DNA of 64,000 nt from Escherichia phage UE-M3: sequence record PP301342.1, one strand, 5' to 3'. Of the stretch, positions 51,229 to 60,369 are shown piece by piece. The notes under the pieces were generated by a model, which saw nothing but the letters and a program-made list of their open reading frames with translations, did no database searches and was not told the DNA's origin. How positions within the stretch are numbered: position 1 is the stretch's first letter; every line of letters starts with the position of its first letter. Position numbers and translations under genes: made by a program.

Positions 51229-52403
51229 TATTTCATTCCTTTAGGGATATGAACTACCTCCCCAAAAGGTACGGTAGCATTGGGATTATTCAGAACACAC
51301 CAGATGATAGGAATATCAAATGGTAATTCTTCCATTGGACGAACATACATATCGGAGAATATGATTGCAGCGGTTGGTTTATTCTTAATAATCCACTCGC
51401 GTACTGGTTCCAGGTTTGTACCACCACGACCGGTAATCTTAATCTCTTCAAAAGTATCTTCTTCAGTGATGTCTATCTCTTCTTGGATAATATCGTCGAA
51501 GGTAATTAAGGACATCTTCTTAGGATTGAACTGGCTCTTAACGTAGGCAACCTCTGAGTTAAAACGCAGAGAGTCAGCACTACTAATAGAACCAGATACA
51601 TCCTCAAAGTAGGCTAAGTGTCGTAAGCGTCCTTCATCATCTTCCATGGAAGGTAGATAGATGTCAGTAAAACGACGGTTAGGTCTGGCCCACGTATAAT
51701 GAGTATCGTCAATGTCGGTAAAGAAGTTCATGAGGACTTCCTGCCATGGAACCACTGGTTTAAGGAATTGGGTAATAACCTCTTCCATACGACCAGCACC
51801 CTTACCGGGCATCTGTCCACCAGCCATTTTCTGGCTCTGCATTGCTCGTACTACGTTGTTGACGACAGCACCCTGGGACTGCCCCGAAGTGGGGGATTTC
51901 ATGTCGCCAGCAAGACCTGCTCCAGCACCCCCTGACGGCTTCTGCCTTTTCTGAGGGTTCTTCATCAGGTCATCGTAGATGTCTTCTTCGACCCATCCTT
52001 TATATTGAGGGTCTTTGCAAATACCTTTATCAATGCCAGTGAACTTATAACCATCTTCTTCTAACTGAAGGTTAATGAAGTGGTCACACGCCTGGTTCCA
52101 GATTTCTGGGTCACGGCTTCCACGACGGATGCCATGCAGATATGCCACATGCCAAAGTTCATGCATTAACACTGTTTCTCTGGCATCTGGACACATCCAG
52201 ATAAAGAAATCTGGATTGAAGTGAAGTTCTATCCCATCAGTACATGCAGTGGGACAATTCTCACGTTTCCATGAGAACTTAAGACTACATAGTAATGAAC
52301 CAAAGAACGCAGCACTGCGTCCGAGAAATGCGTTGGCCTGTATTCTATCGTATTCCCTCATTAACTGTTCATCAGTGAGGTTATGTGGTGGTATGTTATT
52401 CAT
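51228..52403 (-). CDS. vWA-domain protein with N-terminal HExxH metallopeptidase-like domain (DUF2201-like)
   Basis: 391 aa; HELWHVAYLH motif; C-terminal vWA-like SGSISS...GRGGTNL...IIFSDMY; partner of adjacent MoxR-like ATPase. Confidence 0.55.
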   Translation of the reverse strand: MNNIPPHNLTDEQLMREYDRIQANAFLGRSAAFFGSLLCSLKFSWKRENCPTACTDGIELHFNPDFFIWMCPDARETVLMHELWHVAYLHGIRRGSRDPEIWNQACDHFINLQLEEDGYKFTGIDKGICKDPQYKGWVEEDIYDDLMKNPQKRQKPSGGAGAGLAGDMKSPTSGQSQGAVVNNVVRAMQSQKMAGGQMPGKGAGRMEEVITQFLKPVVPWQEVLMNFFTDIDDTHYTWARPNRRFTDIYLPSMEDDEGRLRHLAYFEDVSGSISSADSLRFNSEVAYVKSQFNPKKMSLITFDDIIQEEIDITEEDTFEEIKITGRGGTNLEPVREWIIKNKPTAAIIFSDMYVRPMEELPFDIPIIWCVLNNPNATVPFGEVVHIPKGMK

Positions 52404-52879
52404 TAAGATGCTCCATGATTTATATGGTAACCCAATAATTTTTCTGCTTCCTTTCTGGCTGTAATGGCCTCTTGTTTACTGTTAAACTTTCCTAAGTAAA
52501 TTTGTTTACCATTATCATTTATATGGGCAGCCCAGATTTTATCTCGGGTGTGCCAGTAAACTCCTGTCACACCTGATGTATTTGTAATTCTCTTGGTTTG
52601 ATTTTTGCAATTAATCGAGTTTGTTACTAAACGGAAATTGCTTGGGTAATTATTTAATCTATTATGGTCAATATGGTCTACCTGCATACCGTCAGGAATT
52701 GGTCCAATCTCCATTTCATAAATTATGCGGTGAACTAAATGCATTTTCTTGTTACATTTAACACGCAAATACCCACTGTTATCCAAACAACCGGCAATGG
52801 CACCTGCTTTTACGCAGCCCCTGCTTACTTTCCAGTAGAGGGAACCATTGCTATAAACAAATAGTTCATGCCAATTCAT
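52403..52879 (-). CDS. HNH homing endonuclease with AP2-like DNA-binding domain
   Basis: 158 aa; VDHIDHNRLNNYPSNFRLVTNSINCKNQ HNH motif; SGVTGVYWHTRDKIWAAHI AP2-like; inserted between AAA ATPase and vWA genes with 1-nt overlap. Confidence 0.75.
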   Translation of the reverse strand: MNWHELFVYSNGSLYWKVSRGCVKAGAIAGCLDNSGYLRVKCNKKMHLVHRIIYEMEIGPIPDGMQVDHIDHNRLNNYPSNFRLVTNSINCKNQTKRITNTSGVTGVYWHTRDKIWAAHINDNGKQIYLGKFNSKQEAITARKEAEKLLGYHINHGAS

Positions 52880-52883
52880 TATT

Positions 52884-53936
52884 TTATCCGTGAATGTAAC
52901 GAGAGATATTAGCAGCAGCCTTACGCCATTCAGGTGTAGCCTGAAGTTCTGGCAATGCTCTGCCTACTGTACGGAAGTACAGAATCTTATGGGTGAACGT
53001 TTTAAAGCGTTCAATGTACTGAAGAACATCAGAGAAGTTTTCTTCAGTAGTTTTGTTAGCCAGGTGGTTAACAGTAGCCCAACACAGGTTGTTATCTTCC
53101 GGTAGTGCACAGCCCAGAGGGTCTTTGACTACTTTCTCAATCGTAATCATACGATTGTATACCTGAGTGAATTGAACAAACTCTGTAGCCTTACCAGCAG
53201 TAACATGTCCTGCGTAGTAGATAGAATCTTCATCTGGCAGAGCACCTTCAGGACGGTTCTTGAGGTCTTTGTTAACAAAGTCCCAGGTGCGTGGGCAACA
53301 GAACGTTTTGTTCTTATGGGCTGGGTCGAAGTCATGCAGATAACCTGGGTTAGCATGTAAGAATGCAACCAGACGTTCATCCCATTCTTGTGGAATCATT
53401 ACATCTTCAACAAAGATGTCGAAGTTAAGTTCCATTTCGAAGTGAACCACGCGAGACTGCATTGCAGTGCCCAGTGGGTTAACAATGGCACGGTCAGTAG
53501 CTTTGTTACCAGCACATATAATCATCACATTAGGATGGAGTTTTTTCTGACCAGTCATACGGTCCAGAATCAGTTTGTATGCAGCAGCTACTACTTCTTT
53601 TCTGGCTGAGTTGAACTCATCAAGGAACAGGAGCCAACCATTATATCCTTCCGGTATCTCATCCCCCTCAATAGGGAATAAGTCAGCGAATGGGATAAAC
53701 TCTGCACGGTCACCATTACGGAATGGTAGACCAGACAAATCCTCTGGGGCAGAAGTAGACAGACGATGGTCTATCAGTTTCATACCAAATTCTTCTGCAA
53801 CAGAGCGAATAATTGCAGATTTACCCATTCCCGGTGATGAAGTCAGGAACGGTACGTTACCTGCTTGCAGGGCACGGATAATAAAGTTACGGGCCTGACG
53901 TGTATTACATATGGTCAGTGAGTCAATGCTCGCCAT
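52884..53936 (-). CDS. AAA+ ATPase, MoxR-like (AAA_5)
   Basis: 350 aa; Walker A SSPGMGKSAI; Walker B LLFLDEFN; arginine finger region. Confidence 0.7.
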   Translation of the reverse strand: MASIDSLTICNTRQARNFIIRALQAGNVPFLTSSPGMGKSAIIRSVAEEFGMKLIDHRLSTSAPEDLSGLPFRNGDRAEFIPFADLFPIEGDEIPEGYNGWLLFLDEFNSARKEVVAAAYKLILDRMTGQKKLHPNVMIICAGNKATDRAIVNPLGTAMQSRVVHFEMELNFDIFVEDVMIPQEWDERLVAFLHANPGYLHDFDPAHKNKTFCCPRTWDFVNKDLKNRPEGALPDEDSIYYAGHVTAGKATEFVQFTQVYNRMITIEKVVKDPLGCALPEDNNLCWATVNHLANKTTEENFSDVLQYIERFKTFTHKILYFRTVGRALPELQATPEWRKAAANISRYIHG

Positions 53937-53970
53937 TTACTTACTCTCCTAAAGTTAATGGAATTACTAA

Positions 53971-54297
53971 TTAAGATTTAATACATGGGTAGGCTGTATC
54001 AATTGCCATCAGAACCATGTCTGATGGTACTTTTACTGCATTAACCTTTCTGTCATACAGAATAATAGTGGCTACTTTGTCAAAGACATTTCCTAACTTC
54101 AAACTATCTGGTACGCAGTTCTTACCTGCTTCTACACCCATAGTAACCATGCCCATAAAGTAACCCTGGTTCACAAAGTTTGCATTATTGGCTTTGTAGT
54201 CAGCAGCAGCGTCTAACAGAGTTTCACGGCTGGATGCTTGAGCATTGAATGACAGAACTGATAAAGCTACTACAGCAACAGCAATTAAAGTTTTCAT
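53971..54297 (-). CDS. Small secreted/periplasmic protein with signal peptide
   Basis: 108 aa; N-terminal MKTLIAVAVVALSVLSFNAQA-S signal-peptide-like with AXA site. Confidence 0.5.
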   Translation of the reverse strand: MKTLIAVAVVALSVLSFNAQASSRETLLDAAADYKANNANFVNQGYFMGMVTMGVEAGKNCVPDSLKLGNVFDKVATIILYDRKVNAVKVPSDMVLMAIDTAYPCIKS

Positions 54298-54483
54298 TTA
54301 GTTACCTTTTAACTCGTTGAGTTGAAGTACTCCAGTAGGGGTTAATGACCACCCAAGACCAGCATTGAACTGCACTAAGCCCAGTTTCTTAAGAGACTGT
54401 GCGGTTTTATTATTGCGGTTGCTGGTGGCAGAACCACCTTGAACCATACGAAGGAAGATTGCTTGGGACTGGGTTAATTTCAC
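54298..54483 (-). CDS. Small hypothetical protein
   Basis: 61-aa ORF, abutting neighbours. Confidence 0.4.
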   Translation of the reverse strand: MKLTQSQAIFLRMVQGGSATSNRNNKTAQSLKKLGLVQFNAGLGWSLTPTGVLQLNELKGN

Positions 54484-54740
54484 TCATCTTCTCCTTCATC
54501 TGGGAGTGGTGATAAATCTACACATAAATGCTCAAAGCGTTTTTCTAAGACAGCAATTCTCTTTTGATAAAATGACAGCAGTTCAGGAAGTATTCTTGTA
54601 CGAGCTTGCGGTCCTAAATCCGTACCATTGAATGATACTTTCACCATATGTGGTGACTTCTTCAAACTAGCTAATTGCTGTCGGTTGTCGTTGTATTCTT
54701 CGTACAGTTTCTCAACCAAACGTAGATTGTGGATATTCAT
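54480..54740 (-). CDS. Small hypothetical protein
   Basis: 86-aa ORF with 4-nt overlaps typical of translational coupling. Confidence 0.4.
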   Translation of the reverse strand: MNIHNLRLVEKLYEEYNDNRQQLASLKKSPHMVKVSFNGTDLGPQARTRILPELLSFYQKRIAVLEKRFEHLCVDLSPLPDEGEDE

Positions 54741-54925
54741 TTTTTCTCCGGTACGAACTGCATTACACAGTTTTGATTACGAGGGATATTCAATTCACAT
54801 TCATGCTTGAGGGTTTGTGTTACAGAATTTGGAGTAGAACCAAAGTAGGTATTAGAAATAGCTACAAATCCTGCACCTAATAAACCGCCTAGTAAGAATG
54901 AGAAAAATGCAATCTCTTTATACAT
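54737..54925 (-). CDS. Small membrane protein
   Basis: 62 aa; N-terminal hydrophobic FFSFLLGGLLGAGFVAI. Confidence 0.4.
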   Translation of the reverse strand: MYKEIAFFSFLLGGLLGAGFVAISNTYFGSTPNSVTQTLKHECELNIPRNQNCVMQFVPEKK

Positions 54926-54949
54926 TTCCTGGCTCCAGAATGTTTAAGT

Positions 54950-54980
54950 CAAAAAAAGACCTCCCTTCATCTGGGAGGTC
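54950..54980 (-). terminator. Rho-independent terminator (minus strand)
   Basis: gacctccc-ttcatct-gggaggtc stem with A7 on + side. Confidence 0.55.
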
Positions 54981-55030
54981 AAGCTTGGGAGTTTTATATC
55001 AGGGTTTACAACCCCAAATAAAGGCTACCT

Positions 55031-55864
55031 TTATTCTACAACAGTAATAGCGATGGTTACATCGACCTTACCGTTGGTAACTACTACAGAAGTAGCTTCA
55101 CCAGCAGCCACTGGTTTAACCGTCAATACGTTACCGGCAATGGTAGCCGTAGCACGGGCAGAATCTGGGGTAGTCTTAATAGACAAAGTACCAGCAGATG
55201 AACCAACAGGCATAGCAGCAATGGTTACAGTCTTACCGGCAGCAGTATCATCAGCAACAGACAGAGCCAGTGAATCAGGAGTAGCTACCAGTGAGCTTGC
55301 TTCATAGTAGCCTACTGCCAGCAACGACGTATCTTCTACAGTGGTTCCATTGGCATCAGTAACAATCACTTTATAAGTACCAGCAGAAGCAGCGGTTACG
55401 TCATTAAGGGTTAATGTTGCAGTAGCAGCAGATGGGTTAGTACTAGAGCTAATATCAGTGAATGCTGCACCAGCAGTATCAGCTTTGAACTGCCATTTAT
55501 AAGTAAATGGTGCTTTACCGCCTGCTACATCAACATGCCAGTTAATATCTTCGCCTTCGATAGCAGAGATTACACGAGGCAGTTTAGTAGCAACAGTCAG
55601 TCGTGGAGTAGCTTTCATGTCAATAGAGATGGCTTGCATATCCACGATGTTGTTAGGCCAGAAGCCTGCTTCAGCAGGGTTTTTAGCAGAACGTTTATAC
55701 AGCAGATCACGTACACCGTGAAAGATAACTAAACTATCCGGGTAAGTGGCATCCGGATGCACAAAAGTACCTACCTCTACGGAACCACCCGGGATAGAAC
55801 CCCCTGCATCCAGTACAGTTGCAACATTGGTGGTTTTGTTAAAACCTACTTTTAAAGTTGGCAT
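55031..55864 (-). CDS. Ig-like domain protein, probable capsid decoration protein (N4 gp17-like by position)
   Basis: Track ORF to 55993; ATG 55864 preceded by GAGGA; Thr/Ala/Val-rich beta-strand repeats incl. FTYKWQFK...AGTYKVIVTD Ig-like. Confidence 0.55.
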   Translation of the reverse strand: MPTLKVGFNKTTNVATVLDAGGSIPGGSVEVGTFVHPDATYPDSLVIFHGVRDLLYKRSAKNPAEAGFWPNNIVDMQAISIDMKATPRLTVATKLPRVISAIEGEDINWHVDVAGGKAPFTYKWQFKADTAGAAFTDISSSTNPSAATATLTLNDVTAASAGTYKVIVTDANGTTVEDTSLLAVGYYEASSLVATPDSLALSVADDTAAGKTVTIAAMPVGSSAGTLSIKTTPDSARATATIAGNVLTVKPVAAGEATSVVVTNGKVDVTIAITVVE

Positions 55865-55911
55865 ATGAATTTCCTCATAAGTAAATAGCAGGATTAGTAT
55901 ACATGACATGT

Positions 55912-55940
55912 AAAAAAATAAACCCTCCGTTAAGAGGGTT
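55912..55940 (-). terminator. Rho-independent terminator (minus strand)
   Basis: aaccctc-cgttaa-gagggtt stem with A-rich run on + side. Confidence 0.5.
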
Positions 55941-56136
55941 AGTTGTTTACACAGTAGATAGCAAAAGCTATCCATCCTGCCATTACAAAGCATCCTAGTG
56001 AGTATGCTCCATAGTAGCAGTAAGCAAACTTAGACTTGTGGGCACGAACTATCGTAGCCAGAATCAGTACAGATAAAACTATCAGTATTAGCTGAGAGAT
56101 TACTTCAAAATTGATAAGCATAGTTGCTACCTCCAA
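55939..56136 (-). CDS. Small membrane protein
   Basis: 65 aa, two hydrophobic segments. Confidence 0.4.
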   Translation of the reverse strand: MEVATMLINFEVISQLILIVLSVLILATIVRAHKSKFAYCYYGAYSLGCFVMAGWIAFAIYCVNN

Positions 56137-56179
56137 GCAAAAAATAAAGCCCCACTCCCGAAGGAATGAGGCTAGTTTA

Positions 56180-57397
56180 TTAACTTAATGCATAATCTGT
56201 TTCTAGAATGTCTTGCCAGAGGCTGTCATCCAGCTTACCAGCAGAGAACTCTTGTCCCAGTACTTGAGACAGAATGAAGCCCAGTAAGTCACTCTTAGCA
56301 ATGTCAGACAGAATCTGATTGTACTGACGACGCAGGTCATTACCATAGTTAGGGTGGCAACGGAAGCAATCATGTACAGTCATTACAGGGAATGGTTTCT
56401 TAGGCATAGTGTCGATCATATCTGCTACTACTTGACGGTCTACCAATGCAATAGTATTCGGGTCAAGGAAGTCTAGGATAGACAGCGACAGGAATCCTGA
56501 CCTTTCATAATGATTCCAGATTTCCATAGTCTTCTCTTGGTTCCCCTCAATAACGGGGTATTCACTTGGCCCGATATCGCACAGTTCCCGTACATAGGCA
56601 ACCAGTTTAGGGTCGAAGTTACAACGACGTAGCATCTCACGTACTACCATCCCATCAATAGAGTGAGTGATGTTAGCAGAGAGCATACGGGTCTTCTCTT
56701 CAGTACCCTGAACCATACGAGTGATGTCAAATGGTTTACCCAAGAAGTTAACAGTCTGTACTTCAAGAACCATGACTTTAATGACAGCATGGAAGTTGTC
56801 AGGGAGTACCCATATGTAACGGTTAGCATCCGGGTTACCACATTGCAGTAAGAACTTGTTAAGTGCCCAAGGACCACTTGCAACTGTTTCCATTACATTT
56901 TCAAAAGTCTTGAGACGGATACCTTCCCCGAATACTTCTTTAGGTTTGGCTTCTGAACCGTAGAATGCAGTCATAACTGCCTGCTTGGTATCACTACGTT
57001 TAATACGGGATGCTTCACCAAGGATGTCCAGCATCTTGTGATATATAACTGTATAAGCATCACGTCGTAATGGCTTACCATTCTCTCCCATGTAATTAAC
57101 TACGTTACACAGTTCAGCAGCAGAGCGGTCACCAGTCAGGCAGGCCAGTAACTGCAAGCCTGATGATGTAGCATCCAGGGCTACGGCATATCCGATAGGC
57201 TTACCAGCTTTCATATCTTTCCATGCGTTTACACCAGCATAGAACAGTGCAGATTCCTCAGCTTCATCTACCAGATTAAGCAAGTTAGCTTCATTCTCAT
57301 CGAACCAAGCAATACGCTCATCCCAGGTCTTTTTATCCAGACCATAGTTATTGGCGATGTCTACTTTCAGGTATTCTTTAGCGGTTAACAGTTGCAT
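56180..57397 (-). CDS. Phage RNA polymerase II catalytic subunit (T7-like single-subunit RNAP palm/fingers)
   Basis: Track start 57478 overlaps HNH gene; ATG 57397 has AAGGA Shine-Dalgarno giving 405 aa (N4 p7 recalled ~404 aa); motifs VALDATSSGLQ, KQAVMTAFYGS, TVHDCF. Confidence 0.75.
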   Translation of the reverse strand: MQLLTAKEYLKVDIANNYGLDKKTWDERIAWFDENEANLLNLVDEAEESALFYAGVNAWKDMKAGKPIGYAVALDATSSGLQLLACLTGDRSAAELCNVVNYMGENGKPLRRDAYTVIYHKMLDILGEASRIKRSDTKQAVMTAFYGSEAKPKEVFGEGIRLKTFENVMETVASGPWALNKFLLQCGNPDANRYIWVLPDNFHAVIKVMVLEVQTVNFLGKPFDITRMVQGTEEKTRMLSANITHSIDGMVVREMLRRCNFDPKLVAYVRELCDIGPSEYPVIEGNQEKTMEIWNHYERSGFLSLSILDFLDPNTIALVDRQVVADMIDTMPKKPFPVMTVHDCFRCHPNYGNDLRRQYNQILSDIAKSDLLGFILSQVLGQEFSAGKLDDSLWQDILETDYALS

Positions 57398-57443
57398 TTT
57401 ATGTTCCTTAGCGTCTGAGCCATTTGGCTCGCATAGTGGGTAG

Positions 57444-57950
57444 TTATTGACCGTGACGGTTAGTATAGCCAGCACCATTCTGGTTCAAGGCTTCTAACAT
57501 GTCGGCTCGTGCATCACATGCTTGTTGGAATGCGAACTCGTAGCCGTATTTCTTAACTGAGAATACTTTACACCTCTGTTTCTTTGTGATGTTGTCCGTA
57601 CATGTAGCACGCCAGAATAACCCCTTTGGTGAATCCCATAGAGATACACCAGTTACCCCAGATTTATTGTCTGAACGTTTAGTAGAGTTACGCAGGTTGA
57701 CTACAATGGGAACACATCGCAAGTTACACCAGCGGCAGTCCGTTCTGATACCGTTGATGTGGTCAATTGTATAACCAGCAGGGATAGATCTATGCTTCAT
57801 TTCCCACAACCAACGGTGAAGGTATAAGATTTTATTTCCACGAGAGATGCGAATGTACCCAGTGGCACTATTCGCTGCCTCCGGTGGATGGGCTACAGCA
57901 AGTTCATCAACTGACTTGTTCCAGTAGCCCATTGGCATACGCTCTTTCAT
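57444..57950 (-). CDS. HNH homing endonuclease with AP2-like domain, inserted between the two RNAP II subunit genes
   Basis: 168 aa; IDHINGIRTDCRWCNLR HNH motif and SGVTGVSLWDSPKGLFWRA AP2-like; start overlaps upstream stop. Confidence 0.75.
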   Translation of the reverse strand: MKERMPMGYWNKSVDELAVAHPPEAANSATGYIRISRGNKILYLHRWLWEMKHRSIPAGYTIDHINGIRTDCRWCNLRCVPIVVNLRNSTKRSDNKSGVTGVSLWDSPKGLFWRATCTDNITKKQRCKVFSVKKYGYEFAFQQACDARADMLEALNQNGAGYTNRHGQ

Positions 57951-58768
57951 TAATCCTCATTAACAAGTTCTTTTTCTGCAAATTCTAGGACTGCTTTATT
58001 CCAAGAAGTCCCTTGGTAGTTACAGTGATAGCCCTGAGCGTAAGTACGCCCACGTTTGTCATATTTGTGACCCAGTGAGAAGTTATTACCTTCTTTGGTC
58101 ACTAACTCCATTACTTCCTTAGCAGTACGGCTGTACTTCTCAAAGGCTTTAACACGTTTCTCATATTCCTGACGGGTTTCACCCTCTTTGGGCTTATCCA
58201 TATTAGGACGAGAGTCTTTTACATAGTTAGCAACGTCCCAGTTGATACTTAGACGCTGATTATTCATACGGTTGATGTGATCAAGACAGACATCCATCTC
58301 ATGATGGTTCTTCTTGAGGATGATACTTCCCCTGCTCTCGTAGTAACCTGTATCACGGTTACACAGAACAGGCTTAGGAGCACTTACGATAGGTAATGGA
58401 TACTGGAATGCTTCCAGTTCCATCTGAACATCTTCACTAATCTCGTAGATAACACCGAACTTGTCGATGGTAGGGTCATAGTTGAAGCAGTCATTCTCTG
58501 CCATCTTATACAGACAGTCAGCGATGTACTGAGCATCATCTGAATGGCTCATAAGAGAGCCAATCATAGTCTGAAGGTCAGCACGTTTATGTAGGGCAAT
58601 CTGCACCATTGCATCAATGAGCAGCTTATAATCAATTTCCAAATAGGCAGCGAATGCCTTAAAGTCAATTTCTTCGGAGTCCTCAAATTCCTTCCTCATG
58701 CGAGGGAGTAATTGATTTTTGTTGAAAAGAATTTCGAGTTGCTTCTGATGTTCAATGGATGAGTACAT
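57950..58768 (-). CDS. Phage RNA polymerase II small subunit (N-terminal-domain-like)
   Basis: 272 aa (N4 p4 recalled ~269 aa); AGGAGA Shine-Dalgarno; directly downstream of hairpin promoter. Confidence 0.55.
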   Translation of the reverse strand: MYSSIEHQKQLEILFNKNQLLPRMRKEFEDSEEIDFKAFAAYLEIDYKLLIDAMVQIALHKRADLQTMIGSLMSHSDDAQYIADCLYKMAENDCFNYDPTIDKFGVIYEISEDVQMELEAFQYPLPIVSAPKPVLCNRDTGYYESRGSIILKKNHHEMDVCLDHINRMNNQRLSINWDVANYVKDSRPNMDKPKEGETRQEYEKRVKAFEKYSRTAKEVMELVTKEGNNFSLGHKYDKRGRTYAQGYHCNYQGTSWNKAVLEFAEKELVNED

Positions 58769-58790
58769 CGCTTATTCTCCTAAATGTGAT

Positions 58791-58816
58791 TAATAACCAA
58801 AAGCTGCGGAGCAGCT
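58791..58816 (-). promoter_or_regulatory. Hairpin promoter of N4 virion-RNAP type (P3-like), driving the RNAP II operon
   Basis: agctgc-GGA-gcagct 6-bp stem / 3-nt GGA loop preceded by aaccaaa; 34 nt upstream of gene start 58768. Confidence 0.6.
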
Positions 58817-58821
58817 ATTAC

Positions 58822-59082
58822 CTAACGTTTAGTCCAAAAGGTAATACGAATACTGTTCTCTTGACCAAGGTAGTCAATACGTACATATAAACCATTACCA
58901 CTAAACTCGTTATTTTTCTTCTGGTAAGGCCATACCAGACTACGCATAGGTATTTTAATTAAACCAGATATGTGACCTAGTTTAGTACGATCCTTTAGTT
59001 CGTTTTGTAATGCACAATAGATATCATGCCGTGTAAGTGCTCTGGCTCTGACTTGAGCAGTCCACAGTTCTTCATAAGTCAT
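58822..59082 (-). CDS. Small early hypothetical protein
   Basis: 86-aa ORF. Confidence 0.45.
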   Translation of the reverse strand: MTYEELWTAQVRARALTRHDIYCALQNELKDRTKLGHISGLIKIPMRSLVWPYQKKNNEFSGNGLYVRIDYLGQENSIRITFWTKR

Positions 59083-59084
59083 TA

Positions 59085-59435
59085 TTAACTCCAGTAGTTG
59101 TAAGCATCGCCTAAGTGTTTACGCCATGCTTCGGGTAACAGTACATTTCCGGTTACATTAATGAACTGGTATGGGTCCAGGTAGTCATTACTCATGACTT
59201 TGAAATCCCATTGTGGATTGGCAGATGCATAAGCAATAAAGCCCTCAATGAAGCCATAGATAGCACCCTCTTTGATACGGTTACCATTGCCATCTCTTAC
59301 TGGAATAGCAAAGCTATTACCATAATGACCATAGGCCATACCCCAACGAGCACCATGCTTCTTATAAGCTAACTTGGCAGAAGCATTGGTATGTTGTCCT
59401 AGTGTATTGGTAGTGAATACGAATATTTCTTTCAT
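59085..59435 (-). CDS. Early hypothetical protein
   Basis: 116-aa ORF. Confidence 0.45.
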   Translation of the reverse strand: MKEIFVFTTNTLGQHTNASAKLAYKKHGARWGMAYGHYGNSFAIPVRDGNGNRIKEGAIYGFIEGFIAYASANPQWDFKVMSNDYLDPYQFINVTGNVLLPEAWRKHLGDAYNYWS

Positions 59436-59438
59436 TAG

Positions 59439-59819
59439 TTACCCCTTTGGATTCTCCACAAAGTAGTTATACATAGCTTTTACTAGCTTCTCTTTAATAA
59501 CCTCACCATGACATGGTTTCGGATAACAGAAGCACTGTAAGGCCAACCCTTTCTCATCAATGGCTTTATTACCAAGACGATTAAGTTCATCCAATACAGC
59601 TTGATTCTTCCTCATGATTTGTTCATTAAGCCATACTCGATATTTGGTTATAACCTGTTCTCTTGAACCGTCTTTACCAATAACGAATGGATTTCCTAAT
59701 GGTGAACCACGTCCGATATACTCACCGGATTTACCGTGATGTTTATTAACAATGATAATTGGACGTGCAGCTACACCCAGCAAAGCATTGGTGTCGTCCC
59801 CTAATGTAATAGTCTTCAT
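59439..59819 (-). CDS. DUF4326-like protein (GNPF and C-x-P-x-x-CHG motifs)
   Basis: 126 aa; GRGSPLGNPFVIG and CYPKPCHG. Confidence 0.45.
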   Translation of the reverse strand: MKTITLGDDTNALLGVAARPIIIVNKHHGKSGEYIGRGSPLGNPFVIGKDGSREQVITKYRVWLNEQIMRKNQAVLDELNRLGNKAIDEKGLALQCFCYPKPCHGEVIKEKLVKAMYNYFVENPKG

Positions 59820-60058
59820 GGTTTTAATGCCTCAATAGATGTACTTACTTTACATACAGTAGTTCCTTCTAATGCGTCTATTTTGTAAGCTAACCCTCTT
59901 GTTAACATTACCCCGTTCATTACTTTATTAACCTCTTCTAGGTTAGGTACAGAAAATGCTTCATTTAATACGGGAGTTGTATGCCAATCTATATAATCAT
60001 CCGGCATAGCTATAAAATCATCCCCCTTTTTGAATACATAATATTCTTCATAAATCAT
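59816..60058 (-). CDS. Small early hypothetical protein
   Basis: 80-aa ORF, 4-nt overlaps both sides. Confidence 0.45.
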   Translation of the reverse strand: MIYEEYYVFKKGDDFIAMPDDYIDWHTTPVLNEAFSVPNLEEVNKVMNGVMLTRGLAYKIDALEGTTVCKVSTSIEALKP

Positions 60059-60369
60059 GGCTTAAGTACCTGGAATGCGAACACAGGACGTTTACTACGC
60101 CACTGGTTCATAGCTAGTTCACTAGTTTCAGAACCATCATGTAAGTCATAAATGAATGAGATTACATAGTCTGGTTCTTCCGGGAAGTTCTCTGTAGAGA
60201 ATGGTAGACCTGATTCTTTAAGGATAGGAACCAGTGGAGATTCAGCATTGCAGTAGAGGGTAAATTCTTCATTGAATGCCTGGCTTGTTTGAGATACATA
60301 ATCAATATTACGCATCATTTTATCTACATCTGTAAATGTAGAATCATGAACTACTAGAATAGTTTTCAT
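60055..60369 (-). CDS. Early hypothetical protein
   Basis: 104-aa ORF, coupled overlaps. Confidence 0.45.
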   Translation of the reverse strand: MKTILVVHDSTFTDVDKMMRNIDYVSQTSQAFNEEFTLYCNAESPLVPILKESGLPFSTENFPEEPDYVISFIYDLHDGSETSELAMNQWRSKRPVFAFQVLKP

